Part shown: one piece after another, positions 1 to 12,400 of the stretch | Numbering within the stretch: the first letter of the stretch is position 1 | How the letters are laid out: each line of letters starts with the position of its first letter | From: Nemertoderma westbladi | Lineage: Eukaryota > Animalia > Xenacoelomorpha | Assembly: GCA_032718475.1 (NCBI GenBank) | Contig: JAUCBJ010005177.1 | Location: 1-58,614 of the forward strand | Length of the DNA: 58,614 nt | Direction: 5' to 3' | Made by a program: the position numbers and the translations under genes | The notes under the pieces: generated by a model | Seen by the model: only the letters and a program-made list of their open reading frames with translations | The model's database searches: none | Told to the model about the DNA's origin: nothing

Positions 1-240
1 AGTGGCTCTGTACTAATTAGTGGTCCACTCACACCCCCACCAGTGGACGCCACCTGTTAACTAATTGGATCGCAATGACGGATAAAGTATGAGGAGGAAG
101 TGACGTTAGGAAACTGTTCGGAAATAATAGAGAAATGATTTCTTTAGGGAATTTTGTTGCTAAACCAAATTCCCAATTAACTTGTAATCTTGTGCGGGAG
201 GAGTTGTTGTTATCGAGGTATAAGTTGATTTAATGACGAC

Positions 241-3089
241 ATGGAGGTTGTTACAGATGATAAGAAATCGTTGGTTAACAGTTTATCTCTGGAAACTGTT
301 GATGGATGTGTCAACCGCATTGGTTTCGGATTGTTTCAGGTTCGTTTAGAATTATTTTTATTTTTGTATACCAGTAGTAGTAATTTTCGAATTTTTATAT
401 TAATCTTAGTTCAGTTCAAAGCTTTATAGTTTTTAGTTCCTTGTTTACTGTACCTTAAGGTAACTTCCATAATCTTACACTACAGTATGTTTCATTTTAA
501 TTATATATCAACTCTGTTGTTTCCTTATTTCAGATTTTCGCAATTTTCTACGTTGGGGTGTTATTTATGAGTGACGGTATAGAAATGATGGTAGTTAGTC
601 TACTCGCTCCACAAGTGTACTGTGATTGGCGGTTGTCAAGACTACAAGAGACGTTGATAGCTACCGTTGTGTTTATTGGCATGGGTATCGGCAGTCCAAT
701 TGTTGGGCGAATTTGTGATAAAAACGGCAGGAAGACAGGTCTCATGTATGTTTGTTGTACCGGTACATATACAGCTTGCTACTGTATTATATTCGGGGGG
801 GGGGGTAACTGGACGCAAAACCCGCCTTGGCGAATTAATATCCAGCCTCAATGTTAAATTCCCAATTTAGGGAAAGGAACAGGTTAAAGTGGTACGTTAT
901 TTTAACCAAAACAATAAACAAAACACAACAGGTTACAGGTTACAGTTTTATTTTTGAGGATAATCGGCTGTTATTTGCGTCGAATTTCCCCTGGAGAGGA
1001 ATGAATTTTTATTGCGTCCAGTCCCCCCCCCCCTCCCCCCCCCCCCTATCTGTCGGTGAGATAGGGTTGTGGTTATACGTATCAGGTGAACTGATTAGGG
1101 TAGCCCCAACTACCGACCGGTTTCACCAGTATTCGCCTATGTCGGGAATTGGATGGTACCGATGCAAAGGTGGCGTTGCTAGGTTTCTAAGTCTCTACTC
1201 ACTCAAATATTTACCCAGCCTCATATAGTTTTGTATGGCGACCTCCCATGCCGTGCAGGTAACAGCCAAGAGAGAGGGGCCTTCGGTTTTCCTCGTGAGT
1301 TTCATGTTTCAATTTTACCGATAACTTTATTTGTGTAATTGCCATCGCTTCTGTTACTTGTTTCCAATGTACAGTACTAAGTAGGCCTAACTGTTATAAT
1401 ATTTTATTTGCATTTCCCAGATATTCATCTTGTATTGTGTTTGTATTTGGGTTGCTAAGCGCTTTTTCTCCGAGCTATTATTGGCTGTTGCTGGCTAGAG
1501 GTCTAACAGGTGTTGGCCTGTCGGGAGTGATTCAGGGTTCAACATACCTTGCGGAATTCCTACCTGTGCAGAATAGAGGAAAGGTTTTGAATGGTCTGGA
1601 AGCATTCTGGTCCCTGGGTTCCATTCTCGCTTCCGGTGTAGCAGTACCTATTATGCCTAGGTTAGTTATTGTAACAATTGCATGAAATAAATATATAAAT
1701 AAATAAAATTTGCTGTTGGTATGGAATATGTTGTTATGTTGGAATATGTTGGAATATGTTGTTATGTAAATACATTTATATCATTTATAAATGTTGTTTC
1801 TTTTTTTTTATTTGAAGTGTTAGTGTAGTAACACCTCCCCCCCTCCCCCACCCAATTGCTATTGATAGTATTTAACTAAATTATTTAAATGCCGATTGTA
1901 TTGTATTGAAGAAGTGCAACAGTTGCACATTTGAATATGTTTTGTTTAATATTGTTTATTTTCGCCTTTTTGTTTCCAAAATCTATTTTAATTTTTTCGA
2001 AGTTATTACAGATGCAGCTAGTAACATCATGTTACAATAATTTAGTAAATCAATTTTAATATCCTACTACAAATCATTATCAAATTTGTAATAATAACTA
2101 AAATTTACGGTCCGGAAACGTAAATTTTAAGCTTAGATTGAGCAAAACGTAGAATATAGATAGGGTTAAAAAAACATTAACTTCCTATATACTAAGTTTT
2201 CCTAATTTTTTACTTTTACTTTAGATACGGATGGCGTCCCTATCTCATAATCTGCACGGCACCCAGTCTGATGTTCCTTGTCGCATCCTATTGGGCGCCT
2301 GAGAGTCCACGTTACCACCAAGTGACCCACAGACCGGACTTAGCCATAAAGACCCTGCGAATGATATCGAAAACAAACAAGAAAACTACCACAATAAACA
2401 AACTAATTCCTATAGAAATTAGCGAAAGTCCTGGGAAATTAAAAGATCTATTTACGAAAGATTACTTGCGATTTACGCTTATAATATGGCTACTGATATT
2501 TTTCAGTTATTTTTCATATTACGGCGCTCCGTTATTCACAGCCCAAGTTCTTCGCCAAAACGTGACGTGTCTAACGAAAGTTGAAGTTACTAAAGACAAT
2601 AATTGTCATCACCACGGATGTAAGCTTATGGATAAACGTGAACTAATTGAGTTTCTATGGACATCAACTGCTGGGTTACCTGCTTGTTTTGTTTCTGTAC
2701 TTCTAGTAGACAGGATTGGAAGGAGACCTCTGATATCTATTTCCTTTCTCACTTACGGTATCTTTATGTTTTTACTGTTGATTTGCGGCGGCTCCGCTGT
2801 TATGCTTATAGTCTTTCTGTTTGTCGTCCGCGGCGCTTGCGGTCTCAACACTCAGTCCTTGATCACCTACATGAGCGAGGTGTATCCGACCAGGGCGCGA
2901 GCGGTGGGCATCGGGAGCGCGAATGTTTGGGCACGTATCGCCGCGGGGTTAACAACCTTTGTCGCCATTATGGTCGGTAGCACGGATCCCACAGCTGTTG
3001 TTTGCGTTTACGGGGCTCTCGGAATCCTAGGTACTTTCGTAGTTTTCGCCTCTCCTTATGAAACTAAGAATGTTTCGCTCCGCGACTAG
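241..3089 (+). CDS. SVOP: SVOP/SV2-related MFS transporter; 4 coding exons 241-339, 534-745, 1421-1660, 2225-3089 (~471 aa)
   Basis: All introns are GT-AG with matching phases (0,2,2) and join into one ORF. MFS/SVOP motifs: IGFGLFQ, SDGIEMMV, GRICDKNGRKT (motif A), ARGLTGVG, YLAEFLP, GWR, PESPRY, VDRIGRRP, SEVYPTRARAVGIG, PYETK. Confidence 0.88.
795..1047. mobile_element. Non-autonomous TIR element (MITE) with G-run/C-run termini, in SVOP intron 2; family A
   Basis: Termini G(n)-ACTGGACGCAA ... TTGCGTCCAGT-C(n). The body (GGCGAATTAATAT..TCAATGTTAAATT..TTTAACCAAAACAATAAAC) recurs at 20463-20534, 33053-33201, 33331-33510 and 57063-57255. Confidence 0.8.
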
Positions 3090-3191
3090 CTTACATTCTT
3101 TAGTTCCACCTTGACTGACTATAGATATTACCACAAAAATTACTATGAATATTCTTACATCACTGAATGTCCCAACGTAAAATTTCATAGG

Positions 3192-3470
3192 AATAACTAT
3201 TTACATACTTGTTTCTAAAGTAGCACTTTACCGTGTGATGATCCGAGTGGCTTTGTTACACAAACGAACGTTAATGAGTGAGTGAAAGTAAAGCCATGAG
3301 GATCAGAACACTGTAATAACTACTTACATACTTGTGTGTAAAGTAGCACTTTACAGTTTGATGACCGAGTGGCTTTGTTACACGAACGAAATTAGTGAGT
3401 GAGTGAAAATAAAGCCACCAGGATCAGAACACTGTAAAGTTCTTTGCAACAAGTATGTATGATAATGTAA
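3192..3470. repeat. Tandem pair of ~120-bp units of a palindromic (hairpin) non-autonomous element; family B
   Basis: Two similar units TACATACTTG..AAAGTAGCACTTTA..GAGTGGCTTTGTTACAC..GTGAGTGAGTGAAA..AAAGCCA..GGATCAGAACACTGTAA with internal inverted symmetry (GTGGCTTT/AAAGCCAC, TACATACTTG/CAAGTATGTA). Related sequence at ~9063-9250 and ~37090-37210. Confidence 0.6.
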
Positions 3471-3540
3471 GAATCCGCTCTTTGCCTACCTATAAAAGTA
3501 TTTTCTGTAAAATTTGATTTTACGAAACTTAACGATATCG

Positions 3541-4602
3541 ATGAGCCAAGCAGCTTGTTGTCCGGATTGCCTTCAGGTGTTCAACAGCGTACGAGGCGTA
3601 AGCAGTCATAGACACTTCTGTTCAATGCGCTCTCAAGCACCACCGCCGATAATGCAATCTTTCATTCAACAACCGGCGACGACATACGCCCAAGTAGTGT
3701 CCGAGTCCGATTCCGGTAGTGCAATAAACTCATCGTTCTTTTATTCGCAATCAAACCCGGGATCCCCAAATCAGCATTCTTATGCGCAATATCAACAACA
3801 ACCGACTGGTCAACTGCCTATTCCATTTGCAAATAATCAACAACAATTCCAACAGACGCCGCCACCGGTAACTCAAACGTTCTACAACCGTCAACCCGGC
3901 GATCAACTAGTCACAATCAACGCCTTGAAGCAGATTGTTGGAAGTGTTGTTCGTGAGGAAGTCCGATCCGGAATTAATGTCCTACGATTAGAGCATTCCG
4001 ACCGAATCTCTGCATTAGAGGAACGATGCGATAATTTAGAGAAACACAACGATTATCTGAACAACGAATTACGTACCGTTCACAACACTTTGCGACAACA
4101 ACAAATCTTTATGGAAGCAATCGACCAAGAGAAACGTTATGCAAAGCTTGTTATCTTAGGAGTTCCTGAAGATGAGAATCATGAGGTGCTCCCCGGCTCA
4201 GTTAGTGATAAAGTCGAAATGCTTTTCAAAGAAATTAAATATGATGAGATTGAGTTTACCGCGGAACGCATCGGTGAGTGGAAACCAGGTAATTACACAA
4301 ATGGTAAACCGTATTCTCGCCCGATCATGATAAACACTAAAGACAAGAAGAGTCGAATTAAAGTTCTTAGTAATTCTCAACAATTAAAGGACAATAACAA
4401 GCAAGATCTGAAAGATATTTATGTTAAAAAAGACGTACATCCTGCTACGAGACGCGAAATTCAACAACTTCAACAGGAAGAGAAAAAACTCAAAAACAAC
4501 CCCGAGAATGTAGGCGTACCGATTAAATATGACGCTAAAGCTGGAGTAATACTACGAAATAATGTCATTGTAGATCGATATATGCCCACTTACTTTAAAT
4601 AG
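3541..4602 (+). CDS. LINE ORF1 protein (N-terminal CxxC...H...C zinc finger, Gln-rich linker, coiled coil, C-terminal RRM-like domain)
   Basis: Uninterrupted ORF from ATG 3541: CPDCLQVF..HRHFC, then heptad region RISALEERCDNLE, then EKRYAKLVILGVPE, ERIG, RPIMI and IYVKKDVHPATRRE, as typical of LINE ORF1p. Confidence 0.8.
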   Translation: MSQAACCPDCLQVFNSVRGVSSHRHFCSMRSQAPPPIMQSFIQQPATTYAQVVSESDSGSAINSSFFYSQSNPGSPNQHSYAQYQQQPTGQLPIPFANNQQQFQQTPPPVTQTFYNRQPGDQLVTINALKQIVGSVVREEVRSGINVLRLEHSDRISALEERCDNLEKHNDYLNNELRTVHNTLRQQQIFMEAIDQEKRYAKLVILGVPEDENHEVLPGSVSDKVEMLFKEIKYDEIEFTAERIGEWKPGNYTNGKPYSRPIMINTKDKKSRIKVLSNSQQLKDNNKQDLKDIYVKKDVHPATRREIQQLQQEEKKLKNNPENVGVPIKYDAKAGVILRNNVIVDRYMPTYFK

Positions 4603-6701
4603 GGAGGCCCGCATAATCATCTGTCAATTTGTTCTTTTAATATCTGTGATGTTCAGGACAAACTCCGTTTAAACTGGCTCATAAACTATTTTCAAAATTT
4701 TGACTTAGTTTTCCTGTATGAAATCAAGACTGCACTTCAGCTGTCGCTACCCGGTTTTAAAGTACTTTCCATTCCCGATAAATCCATCCCCGGTCGAGGT
4801 GGAACTGCTATGTGTATCCGCAACTCGCTATACCGCAATGTCTCAAAAATATCGATCAATATTGAAGGCATTATGGCTGTTAAATTTAAACAATATCCGA
4901 ACGTCTGTTTTATTGGTTGTTACATAGCTCCATCAGACTCACTGTACTTCAAAACAGAAACGTTTGGTGTTATTCAGGGCTATTTAAAATAAGATAGTGA
5001 TTCCTTTTTGTTTATTGGAGACTTCAACACACATGTTGTTAATAAACAAGAACGGAAAGATGCTGAACGCTATAATAAAAGATACTGGCTGTAAACTTTT
5101 GGGTCCGTTGGGCGACTTTTCTTATAACTACACATTCTGAAAAAAAGAAAGATGGATCTCACAGATTGATTATAGTTTTGTTAGTAACCAAAACTCAATT
5201 AATTCATTCAACATGAATTCAACAATTCAACAATTCAACATCATTCAACAACAACCAGAATCTCAGCTTCCCGTCTGATCACTCACCCCTGGAAGTCTCA
5301 GTTGAGCTACAGTGTGAAATTAGTGGAGCGATTCTTCTGGAAAGAGCATCAGATCTTGGTAAATCAGTATACTCGAACCCACCTCCGAAATGTTGTAAAA
5401 TTCGCAACACAAACTTAGACACTAGAAAAGTTGTAGATTTCATTGATAAAAACGCTGCAAGATTCTCCGACATTACAGACCCACAAGTCTTCGATGATCA
5501 GTTATATTGGCTACTTTCTCAGACCGAGAAAGTCAGCTGTTTACCAAAGTTGGTATCTACAAACATAATGAATATCCAAGATGGTAACAATATAACGATC
5601 TACAAACATTGGATGGAGATCGCTAAATCGCGAGATCCAAAATCGCTCTGGCAAATGATCTCATGGAAAGGTACATTGGAGACAGATCATTCGGGATTTC
5701 CATCAGATGATGTGTTTGCTACCCACTTTACTAATTTACTGAATCCAGAGAGGAATGACGTCGCCGATGTCTTAATAGACATTTCAAATATACCCATCGT
5801 GCCTGAGCTGGACAACCCCATTAGTCAAGAAGAAGTGGAAGATGCCGTCTGTAAATTGAAATCTAATAAATACGAGTCTAACCAAAAACATGTCAATAAG
5901 TTTTATGCTTTCATTATTGCTAATCGCAATATGCCTTTCTGCATTAAACGGATGGTGTGCAACTCCGCCCTATTTGCCTCGCTGTACTATGGTTGCGAAA
6001 CCTGGATTTGCTCGTCTTATAAACCACTTGAAGCACAATACATACGCGTAATCAAGTCGCTATTAGGAGTTCGCACACAAACAAATAACGATGCTTGTCT
6101 CATCGAATCAGGATTTCCCAGTTTGTCTGCCATGATTCATGAGAAACAGCGAGTATGGTTACTGAAGAAAATGGGTTGATGGGATGTCACAGATCCATTT
6201 TACATTGCGTTCAGCGCTGGGTCGAGAATAAACTCTCCTATGGTTCGCGCAGTCAATCGTTTAATCAGCTCTAATCGAAACTACATTACTGAGGATTTCG
6301 TTGCTCATCAGCAGCGAATTCATCAGCTGGCGCCGTCGCACACAAAGCTACGAACCTACCTGGAGATCAACCCAACGCTTACACCGTTCAGTTGTTACAA
6401 CCGCAATCTAAACAAAAGTCTATTCGAGGAGCATCGTCTCGCCTTAACGCGATTCAGAGTTTCGGCTCATCGCTTGCGCGTCGAAACAGGGAGGTGGAGT
6501 AGAATTGATCGGAAACAACGAACCTTTTGTTGTGGTTCAGGCGACGTGCAAGATGAGAAACATGTTTTGTTCCATTGTAAATTAACAGAACATCTACATA
6601 TTGACGGTGAATGTAGCGATTTGCATGGAATCATGGAACACGATTCGGATTATCGAACTCTAGCAAAAAGGGTCTACGATACACTAACGATGTACAATTG
6701 A
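4603..6701 (+). pseudogene. LINE ORF2 remnant (APE endonuclease + C-terminal CCHC region; RT core missing)
   Basis: Stops (e.g. 4990, 6177) and frameshifts. No QG or YADD/FADD motif: KLKSNK joins directly to post-RT sequence at ~5870. Confidence 0.8.
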
Positions 6702-8734
6702 TTACTACGTCTTCTATTAATTTTAGTAATACAATTATTCTAACAAATGTTTCTTCCTGTAAAATAAAATAAATTTATTTTCTTACTTGTGTAGTGAATT
6801 TGAATTTGTAATTATTATTTTGCTTAGTCCAATATTTTCACATTCTTTTAAGGACTTATGATTACGTCGGGAAATTTATTTGTGCTATAATTTTAAGTCT
6901 ATAATTATATATATATATATGTAGTTTTATTCCAAAATTGTAACATAACGAACTGATTGTATATATATTATAAGTGATAGAAACTGCACAAATTATATTA
7001 GTTGCTGTATAAATAAATGTAAAAATGACATAAATTATGTTATAAAATAGTTAGCTTATATTTATGGTGGCGTTTGGAGCCATGTTATAATAATATAGCT
7101 AGACCCTACTGGTTATTAATAGCTACCACGCCTACCGGTAGGTAATGCAGTAGGCCTATCTGGCGGTCAGGCAATTAATAATAAATATCAACTATTGTTT
7201 ATGTGGTAACCATGACGGCGTCACTTTACGGTCACGCCGTCGGGACATTACAACACCAATACAGTACTAATTGCACAGGCCAATGCAATACTGTACTGTA
7301 ATGTCCTCTAAAGTTGTTAAGAGCTAAATAACAACTCGCTGTTAAAACTAACAGCCAGAGGCTCGCCAAGCCAACCGCCATGTTATCACGCGGCGGTACG
7401 CCCTTCACGGGCTTCACCATGAAATCTGTAAAGAGAGTCGCTTCAAGACCTTATGTGTTCCATATTAGGGAAAGACGCTGCCCTCTATCACCTTGAACAC
7501 TGCCAATGAAACTCCCAATGTCAGTGGGCCTGTCTGTGCCTAGAATAACTAATACTTTCTGACTGGAACTGTTCTGTTCTCAATTTTAATTTATTTACAT
7601 ATCGTTTTATTTAATTTTACTTAAATAATATATTTGAAATTATTTAATAATAAATGTCCTCTCTGGACTTGATTCTCTCTAAAAAAAAATTATTTTATAA
7701 CTAATTTGTGCTAATTGTATTATAGTATGTTATAGTTAGATAGGCCTAATGTATGTATATTAACAGAGATTATCATATCATGTATTTATAGGTGGGGGCA
7801 GGTGTTACAATAATTGATAAAAATATGTATATATTCAACTCAATTACAAATTCTGATACGGCAAGTACGACATTTAATACTTTAATTTAACTTTTATTTA
7901 ATACATTTTAAAAGAGAACAGTAATGTAATTGACACAGGCGCTCCATAGGTCTAGAGAGCTAGAAGAACGTGTCTGAGTCTGTGAGGGGGGATTGTGAAC
8001 GCAGATCAATGTAAGTAAGGACCTCTGTCGTTACATACAAACCGCTACATACAGAGCACAGTTGTCCCTGGTGGCAATTTGTGAGTGCGTATGGAAAGGT
8101 CTAGTTGTGAAATAAAAATAGACCTTTATTTCATAAGGTTATCTCTTCCACAGAAAAAAATAATTTTAAATAGGAAGGTATTTTTGCCTGCAGTGGGAGA
8201 GACACAATTTTTTTGGGGTGGGGAGGATTGATTTGTATAATGTACCTTTTCAACATCTTAGGCTAGTACTGCCGTTTTTCAAATTATTATGTGCAAAAAT
8301 GGTCTCTAGATATTTTATATTTCCTCTGGAGCTGGAATTGATCATAACACCACATTTCGCATTTGATTCCAATTAAAAATACGTTGGGGGGTTCGGCTTG
8401 TTAAAGAAAGTCATGTTAAGGTAAATCCATTATTATATATTTCTAAAAAATTGTTCTTGTGAACTTGTGATAATTTATCAGCGTTCTGAGGATATCCTCG
8501 TAACGTGTCAAAATAATCACTAACTTAGTAACGATAAACTTCTAGAACACTTATTGAGTATTCCCCATTAAATAAATATACCCTTTCATTGTAGCGAGTG
8601 GTTAAATACGGTCAAATACTGTAGGGTTGAGCACAGTGGCAGCATATGATGGTATTGACAGATGGGAGGACATGAGGAGGTAAATTGCGGACATACAAGG
8701 TATCAGATAGTATTTCCAGGTCTATCTTTTACCT

Positions 8735-8807
8735 GAGCTGCAAGCTGAATGGTTATTGCGTCAGACTTCCAACCCGGGGATCACCAGTTCGATCCCATCT
8801 GGTCGTC
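8735..8807 (+). mobile_element. Degenerate tRNA-derived sequence, probable SINE head
   Basis: A-box-like AGCTGAATGGTTA and B-box-like AGTTCGATCCC at tRNA spacing, but the anticodon and acceptor stems do not pair. Confidence 0.5.
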
Positions 8808-9473
8808 TTTAACTTTGCACAACAGTTATGCCCAACGAAAATTATATTAACATGAAACCACTCACACCCAAAACACCATAAATAAATTATGAAAATAAAA
8901 TAATAGTAATTTATCGCCTTTCACTATGGGTGTAACTGTCCTGGCTAAATTAATAGTTCGAGTGTATAATTAATCATTGTGGCCGTGATGGTTCATGGGA
9001 AAGCTAATAATTAAGCTTTCAGAGTTACGATATGTTAACTAATGTATCAAAATAACGTTGACCGTTGTGTGAAAATGGTACTAATAGACCCTTGTTCTTC
9101 TATAGTTATTTGTATATTTATTTATGTCATGTCTATATTTATTTGCATATAAATGCTCCTTGTATATTTATGTAAACTTCCCTCGCTGCGCTCGCTCGGT
9201 ACATAAACACCCGGATCATAACGCTGAAAAGTGCTAATTTCCACACAATGATCTATATAGTTATTAATTAATATACTTATTTGGCATTTAAGAAAGAATT
9301 TATTAAATTTTCGCTCTACTTTAGTTATCATTGATTCGAAAATAAATTATTAGAGTGAATTCATAAATATATGAACTACCAGCCAATTATGTAAGCATAA
9401 TTTTCCGGTTTTAAAATTTTATTTGGTCGCCCAAACGGGCGTTTTACAGTAATTATGTCGGTTTCTTTTGCAG

Positions 9474-12400
9474 TGGACAGACGATTGTCGGCAGACGAAT
9501 GGCCTCTGGATGTCCAGAAACGGTGGGCTTCTTCAAAGGACAATTATTCCTTCCACTTGAGCCGAATTCAAGGGACAACAACTGAAACTGCTAGTGTCTC
9601 AGAATTCAGTAAGGTTCGTTCTGTTATAGGGAATAACGTTTTGTAAATTATGGGTCAGGTAGAGAATGTATAGGCCTAGATAAATTATTTATGAAAAAAC
9701 TAGGAATTTAATAAAAAACAATTTGAGGCAGCCGACCGGTTGGTCAAACGTCAACGATTCCTGAGCTCATAAGTTCCTATATTAAACTCTAGAACCAACT
9801 ATATTTTTTAAAACAAGATACACCCCAAACCGGGGTAAAAGGGATAATTTATTTGAAGTAATAACTAGCCTTGTAAAATGTACACGAGGTACTGTAGAAG
9901 GAGAGTACGACCCAGGGTTTGGTACGACCCAGGGTTTGGTACGACCCAGGGTTTGGTACGACCCAGGGTTTGGTACGACCCAGGGTTTGGTACGACCCAG
10001 GGTTTGGTACGACCCAGGGTTTGGTACGACCCAGGGTTTGGTACGACCCAGGGTTTGGTACGACCCAGGGTTTGGTACGACCCAGGGTTTGACTTTTCAT
10101 CTAGCTAGTTCGCCTAGTCTGGGGCACTCCGTGAAAATGAGACAATGGTAGCGGTTGTCTGCAGTCGCATTGCAGAACCCACAGATTCCCCCGTAATTAT
10201 GTATGTGGAAGGGGGTTATGTTTCGAAGTAGTTGTATCTCTCAACCACGAGAGATACAACGTTTAACTACGTGCCTGTTTCTTTTATTAGTTCCTTTCCT
10301 TATAGCCTTGATCGGCGAAACTTTCATTTCGGCTTTGGTGATATTTTTTATATTCTTCTAAGACATCGGGGTTAAATATATTGGGGTGTTTTTGTATAAC
10401 AACTTCTATATATGTCCGAGAATTTTTTAATTTTAAGGCTATTAATTGTATTAATTATTAATTTGTCGAAGAAGCAGTGCACAGACTATCTGCAAATAAA
10501 TATAATTAGAAGCGAACAACCATCATATTATCTTACTGTAACATAGTTACAATTACTACAGTACTGTTGAACAAAGTCAAGTGAGCGGAACAAAGTTGTC
10601 ACAATGAGAAAAAAGTGTCAATATAGGGAATCTGGGCACAAACAATAAGTATTGGGTGTGACCATTTTCTTCCAACTCATACAGAATAGTATTTTTGTAT
10701 TTTTCACTTGAATTTTGAGTTGTAAACAAAATATTTTTATGTTTTTTCGAAACGTTTGACTAAATTATTCCCCTTATGAATTAAAGCCAAGCAGATATAC
10801 TGTATAGCAAATCACAATTATGGTTTATTCGTAAATTTCTTGTCATGTAACTTATCCTTCGGACAGACAGAATTATATGTTATTCATATCGAATACCTCA
10901 CTAACATCTTGCTCTACCGTCATCGCCCACACAATGACGTAGATGGTTGTGTAATTATTGGTAGATTCTTTCATTTAATAAATTTTGCGCCCTTTGTAGT
11001 TGTTTTTTAGCGAGATTCTAACCAAGATTCCTTCTAGATTCAAAGTTTTCTAATTTAATATAAGAAAATTTCAAACGTAAATACTAATTTCATTATGCGC
11101 ATCCACTTTTATCCTCTATATACTGTATGTTATCTCGGAATACATGGCGGTGTTGACATAATGATGACAACTGCTAGACAGACATCAGACATAAACAGCA
11201 TACTAATAATCTCAGAGCTTATCAGACTCAATTTCATTGTCTCTATCCGGTTAACTATTAACTATGTTTTTCTTGCGATAAACTAACATGTTTTATGTTT
11301 TCTTCTATGTTTTCCTAATATGTTTTCTTAATTCTTTAGTCTGTTATTCAACCGCAGTGTTCTTGTGCGAAGTACGTCGAAGCGTTAATGGTTGAGATAC
11401 GGGAGAAAGATAACGTTATAAAGAATCTCAAAAATAAAAAGAGAGAAAAGGTTTGTATGCTTGTCACGCCGCCTGTTCATTGGCCACTAGTTCGGGGCTG
11501 GGTGCCCAAGTGGTTGCCCAAGTCTTTAGTGAGATAATAGTGGACTATTACATACTAACAAGGTGTAGATAAACTGAAAGAGTAGACCTATATAACTTGA
11601 CGTATTTACACTATTATTGTACAGCTCCTCAAATCACCACAGTCAGATCTGATTCACTATTGTCTTTCTCTCCTACCTTCCATTCCCCCCCCCCCCCTTC
11701 TCCTCCCTTCCTATCTATCTGTACTACTTTTTACTATAACAGACAGACGTTATTAACAAATTGAAACGTCAGACAATGGAGATGAGAGCCGGTGTGAAGC
11801 GACTACAGAAGATATTAGTGGAGAAAGAAGAAACAGTTTGTAGTTTACGAGACGCGATGTCTGTTCTAGAATTACCAAGAGATGTAGAAGCATGGTCAAC
11901 ATCGTTACTAGGTAACATAACTGTCATTAATACAATACCATTGATACATTAATTTACTCTACAAATTAAACCTTGTTTTTAGCAAAGTAATGTAGATGCG
12001 GTCATAGTCAACTCACATCACTCGCCTTCATGTAGATGCGGTCATAGTCAACTCACAACACTCGTTTAGCAAAGTAATGTAGATGCGGTCATAGTCAACT
12101 CACTACACTCGTTTAGCAAAGTAATGTAGATGCGGTCATAGTCAACTCACTACACTCGTTTAGCAAAGTAATGTAGATGCGGTCATAGTCAACTCACAAA
12201 ACTCGCCTTCATGTAGATGCGGTCATAGTCAACTCACAAAACTCGCCTTCATGTAGATGCGGTCATAGTCAACTCACAACACTCGTTTAGCAAAGTAATG
12301 TAGATGCGGTCATAGTCAACTCACTACACTCGTTTAGCAAAGTAATGTAGATGCGGTCATAGTCAACTCACTACACTCGTTTAGCAAAGTAATGTAGATG

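Larger units (their letters stand above)
3514..6770 (+). mobile_element. Non-LTR retrotransposon (LINE, RTEX-like): intact ORF1, degraded and internally deleted ORF2
   Basis: ORF1 is followed by APE endonuclease motifs (ICSFNI, DLVFLYE, GRGG, CYIAP, VIGDFNTH, SDHSPL), the pre-RT segment PISQEEVEDAVCKLKSNK, the post-RT LYYGCETW and the C-terminal RFRVSAHRLRVETGRW...C..DEKHVLFHC. A-rich sequence follows at ~6761. Ends are approximate. Confidence 0.85.

Noticed and set aside
3505-6765. TSD CTGTAAAAT for the first LINE (3505-3513 / 6757-6765)
   Set aside because: An AT-rich 9-mer that would leave almost no 5' UTR or 3' tail; plausible by chance.
8735-8807. Functional tRNA gene (TCC anticodon)
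   Set aside because: Acceptor and anticodon stems do not pair; treated as SINE-like.
9849-10151. ORFs with VRPRVWYDPGFGTTQGL repeats; possible CRISPR
   Set aside because: A 17-bp tandem repeat with no spacers, intronic, in eukaryotic DNA.
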